This document shows, one piece after another, positions 25,354 to 37,500 of a stretch of DNA of 64,000 bases. The notes beneath the pieces were generated by a model, which ran no database searches, was not told where the DNA came from, and saw only the letters and a program-made list of their open reading frames with translations. Origin of the DNA: Geosiphon pyriformis uo1. Taxonomy: Eukaryota > Fungi > Glomeromycota. The stretch is taken from the NCBI GenBank assembly GCA_016748015.1, contig JAAOMT010000009.1:1799924-1863923 (forward strand). Reading direction: 5' to 3'. The translations under genes and the position numbers were made by a program. Position 1 is the first letter of the stretch. Every line of letters starts with the position of its first letter.

Positions 25354-28300
25354 GTGGCAGAATCAGAAATCATAGAAACAAACCATTTAGAATTCACCAA
25401 ATACTTATTTCAACAGTACAGCCAACAATTAGAATTAAACAATAATTACTTTCCAGTAGAATCAGCCTTTAACTTCTACGTTAATGATAAAATCACAGAC
25501 AACTTAGGAGGAACAGTTGACATTAAATTCACAAGAGAAAATTTCTATACAGAATTATTTCAACATACCAGTTTACCAAGAAACCACAGCTTCACACCAA
25601 TCATCAAGAAAATCAACCAAACTATTGAAAGATACACCCAACAACAATTTTTCATCACCTATGCAGACAAAGGCAAAAAAAGATTGCAAACACCAGTAGT
25701 AACACCAAAACAAATACAACCACCTACTTGGAAGAAAACCAAAGTTGAATCACCAACCAATCCATCATATCATTACACACCAGAAAGCACCATCAACATC
25801 TCATCAACAGGCACGTCCACAGTAAATGCATCATCAATATTTAGATAATTCCTATTCCAAAGTAAACAAAGGAAAGCAGAGTTATTAGGACCATACAGTG
25901 AATATTTTGAGGGATTTAAATCATGATCACCAATGCCATCAAGATTTTGGTCACCACTATTTCAACCAGATTTCGGAATCACAAGTTCATGGGAAATCAC
26001 TGAATCAGAAGGAAAACAGGAAGAAAAAGAGGAAGAAGAATCTGAAAATCAAGAATTTGTTTACCAAAACCCAATCTTAGAAAATTCGGAAATCGAAACT
26101 CCGAATATTCAAACACCACCAAATCTGAATAATCCAAACCCCGAATTAATAAATCAACAAAACTTACCGCCAGTAATTGTCATCAACCAACCACCAATTG
26201 ATCCCATAGCCAAACTCATACAGCATTCACTACAACAACTGAATCAGCAGAATTAGCAGCCACTTTAACAGCCACAACAACTACTTCAACCATCTGCTCA
26301 ACAACAACAACAACCAAATTTGGATCCAATAGCCTATGCACCAATTGCAAAACTTGACAATTTCATCAGTAAAGAGAATGACACCCAAGTATGGCTCAAT
26401 GACGTTGAAAAAGCCATAGTGGCCAACAGATAGAACAACAGTAGAGCTCTTCAAGCAATTTTATACTTTCTCAAGGATACTGCCAATTCATAGTATTAGA
26501 ACTTAGTTGTCAAATCCCAAACCTTCAATGATTTCAAGACAAGATTCTTGAGATATTTTAGCAATAATAATAGTATCAATTGTTTGACAAACACATTCAC
26601 CACCATTAAACAAAGGGACACAGAAGCAGTTACTACTTATTTGGAACACTTCCATAGAAATCTGCGCCAAATTCAGGCTATTTAAGCTGACTATTTTATA
26701 GCACCACAAATCCTAAACCAATTCATCAGAGGATTATGCAGTAGCATTCTCCAACAAGTATGCCCAATGCATCCAGTTAATTTCCCCACTGCAGTAATCC
26801 AAGCCAAAGATTTTAAAGCTGCCAAACTTGAAGCCAACTATGTCTAAGCTGTAAACCTGGTCATGAATGGATCATCTGAATTGGATTCCAAATTGAAACA
26901 ATTCAGTAATTCAATTAATCAGAAATTAGAGGAATACTTAGCTGACAATTGTGCAATTTATCAATCACCACAATGATGCAATAATTCAGGAAACATGAAT
27001 TATTCTCAAAATCAGTCACGTTTATCATCATCAGTAGCACCTAATCAGTTGTGGCAGCCAGAGATGTGCATCTGCCACAACTGTGGTAAACAAGGCCATA
27101 TCTGAGTCAATTGTCATATTTATAGCAACCAACGATCAGAAAATCAATACAGAAACCCTGATCACTAGTTCCAAACTCCGAATCATTACCCAAATTAAGA
27201 TCAAACTGCTTACTTACCAATGATGCAGTCACCAATCTATCAACCACCAGTATACCAAACTCCAGTCTATTAACTATCAGCAATCTATCAACTGCAGTTG
27301 CAAGTAATTTATCAGTCACAGTTTCAAGTAATTTATCAGTCACAGTTTCAAGTAATTTATCAGCCCCAACAACCCATTCAAACACTGCCAACAAATTCCA
27401 CTCAGATAATATCAAGGAACTCCAGATTGAGAGTTATTCAAAACTAAAGATCAGTGATGGTTGTTCACTAACTGATTCCCAGCTCCTCTTACCAACCAAT
27501 AGGATCACATTCTCGGAATTCAGGCACTGGTTATACCCAAAACCTAAATTCCCAGAACTATTTAAGTCTCTTGGTCACTTTAGAAGACATCATATCCAAC
27601 AAACTGGAATTCACTCAACAGCCAATACTTATTAACAACATCTCATCAGCAATTGTTACTAATGACAAATCTTTAGCAGTCATCTTTCCATTTGAGCTTG
27701 AGGAAATCTCAACAGTTCCATTATTCAGTAGAGCAGCACTAAAAAAAAAACCCATTACTGCCATGTATACTGATGCAAAAGTCAATGACCACTCCATCAA
27801 ACTGATCCTTGATAATAGATTAGCTGACAGTATTATTACAAGACAACTCATGGATCAATTAGATCACCGAGTTGACTGAGCTGTCAGTGCCAGAATCATA
27901 ACAGCTAATAAAGCCACCAAAACTCCAATTGGTGAAATTGACAACTTCCCAATTGAAGTCAATGGCATTATTACCTATTAAAGTCTTAGTGATAGAAGCA
28001 ACTCAGTATTAAACATTAATGGGCAACAATTGGTTATCAAAAACCAACACCATACTCGACTGGATCACACAGGAGTTCCAACTTAGCCAGAATGGGTGAT
28101 ACACATGAGTACCAGCAATGTGCGGCCATTTCAAAGCTACCAATACCACCACACCACTAATCAACCTTAAGGAAGAGAAACCAAAACTTACATGAAAAGC
28201 CTACTAAGTTTTATGGGCCGACAAAAAACACAACAAACTACTGCCAATACTCTTCTGGAATGACAACAGAAAGGGTAAATAAAGAAAAAAACTTACCTGA

Positions 28301-31300
28301 AAGATAGACAATCTGATTTGGACCAATAATGAACAAGAAGAATTACCAAATTGGGAATGAAAAGAAGAAAACACAAAGGGAAAAGGAAAAGAAAAGGAAG
28401 AAGAAGTAACCACCATCACCACTCATAACTCTTATGCATATATGCTACCACAACAATCCACTTATTGTCGTCCAAAACTTATATGCATCAATTGTGGCAA
28501 AAAATTGTTATCAATGGGTGTATGCTGTGGTGACGACGAAGAATACCAAATGGCAACAAGATTCTACTGTTGCCCATGCATCCTAGAATGTTTTGGGAGA
28601 CCAAAATGGGTAGGAAAATAGGATAATACACCATGTCTAGCTTGTGAAAAAACTTTCTTGGATAAAGAAATGTGGAATAACATTCTAAGATGTGGGAGAA
28701 CATGTGACGAGACATGCCAGTATACTATTCTAATAAACAACTGGATACGTAAAGAAACTCCAATCAATAACACTTGAAAAAGAGCATTGTGATGTTTGGA
28801 AAAGTACTTATACAATAAACACAAGATCTAGAGAATGGCAAGTGTTATGGCAGAGGGTGCTACAACCAGCAAGTTGTTAAAAATCAAAAACAATCTATTA
28901 ACCCTTCTAGAACCTAAATACATACCAACTTTTAACGTCTTCGGCAATATAGAGAACAATCTTGAAAAATTTTACAAGTATTACCAATGCTTGGCACTTA
29001 CAAAAGAAGAACAAGAAGAGTATTTAGCACAGCTAAACACTCAACTATGTAACCACTGTTTGATTCCATATGACTTTCAATATTGTAATGAGTGTAACCT
29101 CATTTACAATCCATTACCACACATAATCTACACAATTCCCAAGGAAAAGAAACCAATTAGCAGCTGTGTATCAGAATCAGAATCAATATTTGATCTCAAT
29201 TCAAACTCCGATGACAATGATGATGAAAACACCAGTTCCAACTACATCCAATATGGCAACGAAAATAACTCAGATTCAAACTCCAATTCAAACTACAAAC
29301 AATATATTGCACTTTCTGACCTTACTAAGGAGCAGGAACTTAAATGGTTTAGTAATAATAATAAAAATATCATGCCAAAACACACGCATAATACTGATGC
29401 TGAGTTTAATCTAAGATATTTAGGAAAAGATGCCATCAAATTAGAACCACATTCGCACACTTACATTGATCTGAAAGTAGCTTTAGAAATTCCAGCAACA
29501 ACAATAGTTCAACTAGCATCTAGGAGTAGTTTAGTGAAAAGAGGAATAAACATCAGAGGAGGAATAATTGATGCAGGATATATAGGAAATATCATTGCTA
29601 TGCTATAAAACAACTCAGAAAAGACCTATATAATAGAGCCAAATAAAAAGATAGCATAGACAATATTCCTGCCTCTGATTAAAGTAGCTCAATTAGTGTC
29701 AGTGGAAAACAGAGAAGAGTTAGGAATAACAGCAAGAGGGATACAGAGATTTGAATCTATGGGTAAAATAGATGTACCAGTCAATATGGCAGAGGAAAAA
29801 ATTGCTGGCCAAGAAAAAATTATCTCAACTGGTCAAGCAATTTTCATTCCACCATATGACCAATACATATTAGCCATAGTAAGGAAAGTGAAGGATCAGA
29901 ATCAGATTTTTGAAGCAGAAACAACTTTTTGTGAATTAAGAGAGATTAGACTTATTAATCTCCACATACCAGTCAAAAACCACAACCATATCAAAATTCC
30001 TATCTACAACAACACAGAAAATGTTGCAGAGATACCAGAAAGAACCATCATTGGATATTTGAACACCAAATTAGAAGACCAACCACTACATATTATTTCC
30101 GATTTTTTACAGCTTTGTAGATATGTGAATATTACATCACAAACAATCTATGGACGAAACAAATATTATTTGCTCCAACCAGAACAATTGGAACAGATGA
30201 ACATGGGAAACTTAGATCCACTCCAATGTATGCAACTTAAGATGTTACTTAACAATTTCAATGACATCTTTGCCAGCAAAAACGAATTTGGCAAAATCAA
30301 CATCATCTAACACCAAATCAAAACAGAAGATGCAATGCCAATCAAACAATAAGCATACAGAGTACCACCAGCTAGTCATGAAATCATTCATCAAGAGATC
30401 AACTGAATGCTTGACAATGGGCTAATTCAGCCATCAATAAGCCCATGGTCATCACCAATAGTACTTGTCCAAAAGAAGAATAGAAAGATCAGATTTTGTG
30501 TAGACTATAGAAAACTCAATGGAGTCATTTATGGAGACAGCTATCCAACTTCACAGATCTAAAAGCTATTCGATGCTTTTGGAAAAAACAAATGGTTCTC
30601 AATACTGGATCTAAACAGTGGTTACTGGCAAGTAGCCATGGATTCAGCCAACAAAGAAAAGATGGCATTTACTACAAGAGAAGAGAACTTTGAATTTAAA
30701 GTCATGCTATTCAGCTTGATAAATGCTTCAGCCACATTCCAATGGCTAATAGAAATTGTCTATACTGGCTTATTGTGGAAATCAGTAGTAGTCTATCTGG
30801 ATAACACCAATGTGTTTTCAAAAATATTTAATGATTATTTTCATCATCTTCAACAAGTATTCAAAAGACTATGATAAGCAGAATTAAAGTTAAATGCTAC
30901 CAAGTGTTTTTTTGGCAAAACAGAATTAAAATTTTTGGGACATATAGTTAGTAAAGATGGAATCAAAACAGATCCAGATAAGATAAAGACAGTAAAGAAA
31001 TTTCTAATATCAACCAATATGACTGAGTTAAAATCATTCTTGGAATTTGCAGGCTATTATTACCACTTTATCAAAGACTTTTCTAAAATAGCTCAGCCAT
31101 TCAATCATCTCCAAACCAAAAATATAAAATATAAATAGACTGAAACCTAGAAAAAAGCTTTTGACATCTTAAGAAGAAAGCTTATTTAAGCTCCAGTACT
31201 GATCTACCCAGATCACAGCAAACCATTCATCATTACAACTGATGCATCAGGTTAAGCATTAGAAGCAGTATTATCTCAGAAAGGATCAGATAGAAGAGAA

Positions 31301-31597
31301 CATCCAGTTGCATATGCCAGCCAAGATTTAACACCAGCTGAAAAGAACTATGGAACACCAAAATTAGAACATTTAGCAATCTATTGGGCAGTCATGAAAT
31401 GGAAAGAATACTTGAGCCAGAAGTTTGATGTGTACACAGATCACAAAAAATTGACATTACTTCAAAAACAAAAATTTGGAGATGGCAGACAATCAAGATA
31501 GAAAATGGCACTCTCACCATATAAGTATACTATACACTATAAAAAGGGAAAAGACAATGGAAATACCAACAATTTGTTGCGAATAAGACAAATTTAA
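25354..31597 (+). pseudogene. Gag-PR-Cys-rich-dUTPase-RT-RNase H polyprotein of element B
   Basis: Gag, CHNCGKQGHI*VNC knuckle and protease are in the same frame; 24-bp QVIYQSQF repeats at about 27301-27365; dUTPase QLASRSS and GGIIDAGYIGNI; RT and RH motifs; ends RIRQI* at 31597. Confidence 0.9.
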
Positions 31598-31659
31598 GAA
31601 CATTTTGACTCAAAAAATATAACAAAACCAAACCACACTCAACAAAAATATAACAAAAG

Positions 31660-33042
31660 ATGAACACACAAAAATATCAACAACTCAAACATTATATAGA
31701 TACTCAACAGTTCAAGGAGAATTTATCTCAAATGGAACAAAATAGTATCAAACAACAATCAAAATATTTTATCACTCACCAAAATATACTTTATTGGAAG
31801 AATAGAAAAGACCCAAAGCAACCAATCAGAGTAGTTACAGAGCCAGAAAAAGAAACAATTTTATATGATATGCACTCAGATCTAGCAGCAGAACATTTTC
31901 ATAAAGAAACAACCATGAAAAAAACCAGAAAAAAATACTATTGGCCATCAATGTATCTAGACATTATCCAATATGTTCAGAATTGTGATGCTTGTCAAAA
32001 AAGAGGAGGAACAAGACCAAGTGAACCATTAAGACCAATCAAAGTGAGACAACCATTCAATCACATTGAAATTGACTTAGTCAGACCATTAACAATTACC
32101 AGCAAAGGAAACAGATACATTGCAGTAGCCATGAATTATCTCACTAAATGGCCAGAAGCAAAAGCAATTCAAAGAGTGGATGCAGAATCTGTTACCAAAT
32201 TTGTCTATCAAGATTTGATTTGTTGACATGAATGTCTAAAAAAACTATTATTAGACCAAAGAACTCATTTTGTAAATAAAACATTAGCAGAATTGAGCCA
32301 AAAATTCGGAATTAAGAGACCACTATTATCACTATACTATCTATAAACAAATAGTCTAGTTGAAAAATTTAACAGAACATTATGTAAAACAATCGCCAAA
32401 ATCAGCTAAAAAAACCAGGACGAATGAGATTTGTTTATACCATCAATACTATTTGCTTATCGAACAATGAAACAAGATACTATACAAGCAACACCATTTG
32501 AACTAGTATACAAAAGAACCGCAACATTACCAGTGAAGACAGAAGTCAACACATATCCAACTGAACCAATAACAGAAGACAATTTCCAAAACACATTGTT
32601 AAGAAGAACATATGACTTAATGAAAACTCTAGAAAACAAATGGCGAAAAGCAGTTGATAACATACAAAAATCACAAAAAAAACAGAAAGAAAGACATGAC
32701 AACTAACTACCAGATAAACCAGTTAAATTCAAGATTGAAGACAAAGTACTCTTATATTGTACCAAAGCAAAAAAACAATAGAATAGAAAATTTGACCCCA
32801 AATGGGATGGATCATTTCACATAGAAAAAATTCTAAGAAATGGAGCTTATAAATTAAGATTAAACAACAAAATTTTAACCAAAGCAGCACATGAAGATCG
32901 ACTGAAACCATACCACAATATAATATCACCATCCACCAATAATATTCCACAGTTAGAAGTACAGAGAATACTAGTCCAACCAGATGAGATTCCATGAGAT
33001 CTGGAACCAATTATCATCATTAACAACAACATGTTAAATTAA
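31660..33042 (+). pseudogene. Integrase ORF of element B (own ATG)
   Basis: MNTQKYQQL..HSDLAAEHF..YYWPSM..CDACQK; DLV, YLTKWPEA; KFDPKWDGSFHI; single frame with nonsense codons. Confidence 0.88.
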
Positions 33043-33096
33043 GTGACCAAAAGAATATAAAAAGACATGGTTGATACAACAAAAGATACCAGAAAA

Positions 33097-33726
33097 ATGG
33101 AGATTACCAACAACATATATTTACTAGCACAACAATTATTTCAATTGATTTAACACCAAGAGATGGAAATTATTATTAACCAACAAACCATTTGATATAG
33201 TAATACAACAAAAATACCACAACATCAAGCATGGAAAAAAACTGAAAATATGGTTGAGAAAATAATTACCAAAGTGAAAATAGCAATAAAAAAACAACAC
33301 ATAGTTGCACTATACCAGGAATTGACTGAAGAAACTTGAAATTGGTGAATACAACAATTTCCAAAAAACTATTGTTATTTTCACTTAGGACAACATGTGA
33401 ATATTCAAAACTTATATATAGATAAAACAAAGCAATTATTTGACACAATAATACTACAACAATTAAAACATTTTGTGGAGAAAAACAACTTATTTACACA
33501 GGCCTGAGCCATATACCAAATACACACAGCATTTCAGAATTGACCAAAAATCCTATTCAATAAAGCAATAAATACAGTTATCAGTAATCAATGGGAAAAG
33601 ATCACCAATGTCCAATTTGAAAAATTACAGACTCAAATAACACAAGTAATTCTCAAAAACAAAATTCAGGAAATACTTTAAAAGGGGGAATTAAAAAAGT
33701 TAGATTTTGACGGAACTCAATATTAA
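33097..33726 (+). pseudogene. ORF3 of element B (209 codons, unknown function)
   Basis: MEITNNIYLLAQQLFQ...YCYFHLG..NIQNLYIDK...NQWEKI...DFDGTQY*; no frameshifts; stop overlaps the PPT. Confidence 0.78.
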
Positions 33727-33739
33727 AAGGAGGGAATAA

Positions 33740-34564
33740 TGTTACTCATAGAAATATAGGAAATATATTAGCATAGTTATTAGCCAATCAAAAGTAGACG
33801 TAGTAAATGTGAAATTCCAGGATTCTTTTCAGGAATTGCAGGATTCCAGGAATTACAGAATTTTCACATGAGGAATCACAGGATTCCAGAATTCCAGGAT
33901 TCCTGTCATAAAAAATTAAGAAATTGAGGAATCTCAATTATGTATATATAGCAAGAGTGTTAGAAGCAAAAAAGACAAACCTTGCAATTTAGATTTAATC
34001 TAAGCAATCTTCCAAATTACAATCATTGAATAAATAAACTATTTGTTATCTCAAATCCACTTCTACTATTAACACTTCATGTTGATAGTCTTTGATACTT
34101 AACCACACTGGAACAACAGCTCTTGATCATGGCTATTGACGGAATACTAACTTGCAATTGCATTCAGCCAAAATTCCATTTTCTTTTATTTTTCTTTTAT
34201 TTCTTTTATTTTTTTTGTTTTATCTGATTTTATTGTTGTACACTAATTGATTAAATAAAGCACTAGATTATTGACATTAAGGATTGCCTGGTAAAAGACC
34301 CCTGCGAAAGAGTAGGACACGTACAGTAGATATGGAATACTTATCAGAGGATTGCCAGTCACCAAGCCAAGAGAAAAATTGACGAAACTACAGTTTCGAG
34401 AAGCTATGGATAAAACCATTATTTGAATCTCTGTCCATTATACAAAGGACTCCAACAAAACCTTTAGATATAAAACCCTCAGATTTTCAACAATACTGAT
34501 AGCTTTGAGCACCAAGTTACGAGTTTGTTATTTGACTTGAGACCCCAAATAATCACTTGTAACA
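33740..34564 (+). repeat. 3' LTR of element B (825 bp)
   Basis: Follows PPT aaaaggagggaataa; direct repeat of 24427-25291. Confidence 0.92.
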
Positions 34565-37500
34565 CCACACAATTGTTTGTGCCTCTTAACCTCACACAAA
34601 AGTGGATCATAAAAGATTCTCTACAGGAGAGGTGAAAAGATCTCACCCTGATCCAGCCCATCATGCACTTTGTAATCACTAGACAAACCAAAAGCAGTCA
34701 TTATCCTGTTAACTCTATCTTCATGAATACCACCAAAGAATTTTATGAACCTTTCACACATCTTGATATGCCACAAACTAGCTCTCAAATGATGCCACCC
34801 AACTAAATCATAAGCCTTCTGCATATTCTACAAAACCAACTATACTTCCCTATTCTTTTTAAGAACATCTTCAATTACTGAACTGACAGCAAACACTGAA
34901 GATTGTGTAGACATACCCTTCAACACCGAAAAATTGTCATCCCAAAGAACATCGAACTTGCTGCAAGCCACTGAAATATGATCAGACAGAACTTTAGAAA
35001 AAATTTTCTCTGCAGTTTCAATCAAAGCAATGGGCCGAGTGTTCATGAGGATCTCATCCTAGTTGTAAGACTTAAGAATCATTGAAACCCATGCCCTTCT
35101 CCACAAAACAGGCACTACACTAACAGTCAAATACACATTAAACAGTACTAACATGCACACCAAAACTGTTTCACCACCGTTTCCACAACTCATTTAGAAT
35201 ACCAAACAAACCAGCAATCTTGCCATCAGGCAGACCACTGACAACAGAAAGTAACTCACTCATATTGACCTTATGCATAATGCCAGAAAAGACATTATCT
35301 CGAACATAGCTTAATAGTACATACTGCTAAGCCCAAAGATTAAGAATCACTAAAAATACTGATTGTTTCCTCATCCACCCTTTTATTATCTTGTCCACAC
35401 TCGTTTTTAGCTCATCAGGCTTCAAAACTAATTCATTATCAACCACCAGGTAATCCAACACCACCTTGTGAAAGAGTCTGTCCAACACACTTCTGATCAT
35501 ACTATCTTTGTCTGAACAGAAATTTTCCATGCACTTCTCAATCGCCTTCCTAATAGAAGCTTCCTCAGCAAACCTCAACTCAAACATCTTTGCCCTTCTG
35601 TAATCTTTGTGGACCAATGACAGATGCTTAACAATAACATCAGATTTGGCACCTGAGCTAACCAATTCTTTGAAAGCATGAGTCTTGGCATTATTCAGAG
35701 TTGACCACTTACTCACCAGAAAATCAACATCAGACAAGCTGCCAGAGCAAAATTTTTTAACAATCTTGGCCACCAACAATTCCAAACCAAAAAACTTAGA
35801 AAACTGCTTGTTCTTTAAACACCTGAATTTGCTGAACCAATGTTTTGAAAATGTTTTATCAGCAGACTCTATTACAGCTTTCTCTAATATCACCCACATA
35901 GCATCCACGTCACCACATGTTTCAGCACCAGAGAATACGTCACCCAATGACAAGAGCTTTGCTGAAGAGAGATCCCTAAACTTAGCCCATTTAGCACTGT
36001 CAGCATCTTTGAATTTAAACTTTTAACAATCCCTATTTGCCTGCTTGTACAAACTATTCAATTGAACATCCAGAAGTCCACCCAAACCAACTGACACCAT
36101 AACTGTCCTGTGATCAGTGTCAAAAAAATCTGATACAGAAACAACTTGATGATCAGCAACAGCAGAAGACAAGTTACCACTAACAAAAATGTAATCAATT
36201 GTCTTTACAACTTCTCTTGAGTTGCTCTATGTATGAAAACCAGCCAAATGATAACCAACAAAAAAATTGACCAAACCCAAACAGAACTTGAAGCTCACAC
36301 TTCTACCAGATCCATTTTTATTTAAGTCTCCACCCAAAACAACAAAAGTGCTGGAGTTAACAGCTTTTGCAATGAGAGAATTAACTTCTGAAGCCTGACT
36401 AAATCTAGCCCCAGAGGAGGCACCAGCATACAATCCCAAAAGAGTAACCAAGGGCTTGTCTTTAAATAAAAGCCAAACAGAAACAACTTGACTGGGAATC
36501 TCCTCTATCTTAGAAACATGATGAACCAAAGAACTGTCCATAATAATCACAACTCTAGCACCAATAAAACCTTTATCCAATCCTGAAAAAAAAATTTGCA
36601 CTCCATCATACTTATCTGCAATCTATGGCCTAGTAGAAGACCTTAACTTCATTTCCATGATGAATGAGACCAAATTGCCAGAATCACGATGCCAATGTAC
36701 AACATCCTCCTGTTTAGCAGGGACATTAATTTCATGAACATTAGACATAGCAAATTTCCATACCAGATTGCTTATTGAGATAAAAAAATAGATGACAGAT
36801 CCAAACCAGAACATAAAACATCCAATTTAGCCAGAACCAAACTGACCAATATATCCAAAGCCATCTTCTTGGATTCCAACCTTGACAGTAAGAACTTTTG
36901 ATTCCACAGCCAACTTTGGAAGATTAACTGGAATCTTCTTGACAATTACCTCCTGATTTGAGCAAATGTTTACTTTCTTGAGATCATTATTTACCAAGAT
37001 CTTTTTACTTGTTACCATATTCTTTGCTTTTGCTAAACTCAATTCAGAGGTAAAAGTAGATCTTATTATGTCAAGAAACTTTGAGAGAGTTGATGCACCC
37101 CCAAAACCATTGATTCAATAAAAAATCTTTTTAATAAACAAAAGCCTATCACTATTATTCTTTTCAGTCACTGCAGACAAATTAACATCAAGAGCAAAAA
37201 ATTTCACTGAATTAAAGCTTTGTTTCTTATGAACACATAATGTGATTGGTGACAACCAGCTGAAACCACTGAATTTGTAAAAAAAGAGCTCCAAAGTATC
37301 ATCAAATCTGTTTATATTATCAAAAAAAGGTTGTATAGGCGGCTGGCCAAGCACGTAAGTCTGAGTTTGAGATTTCCTGGGAGTGGTTTCATCCATGTCT
37401 TTGTTGTTCGAAGCACCAGAATCTACATAACTTGTTTCTTCCACAACAGTGTTTTTCAAGTTCTCCAAATCCGAAAGATTGCCAATGCTACTTGCAATGC

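Larger units (their letters stand above)
24427..34564 (+). mobile_element. Full-length Ty3/Gypsy LTR retrotransposon B (inactivated), inserted in the LINE RT
   Basis: TGTTAC..TAACA LTRs 24427-25291 and 33740-34564; 4-bp TSD TCAC/CCAC; PBS 25294-25310; PPT 33725-33739; same domain order as A. Confidence 0.95.
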
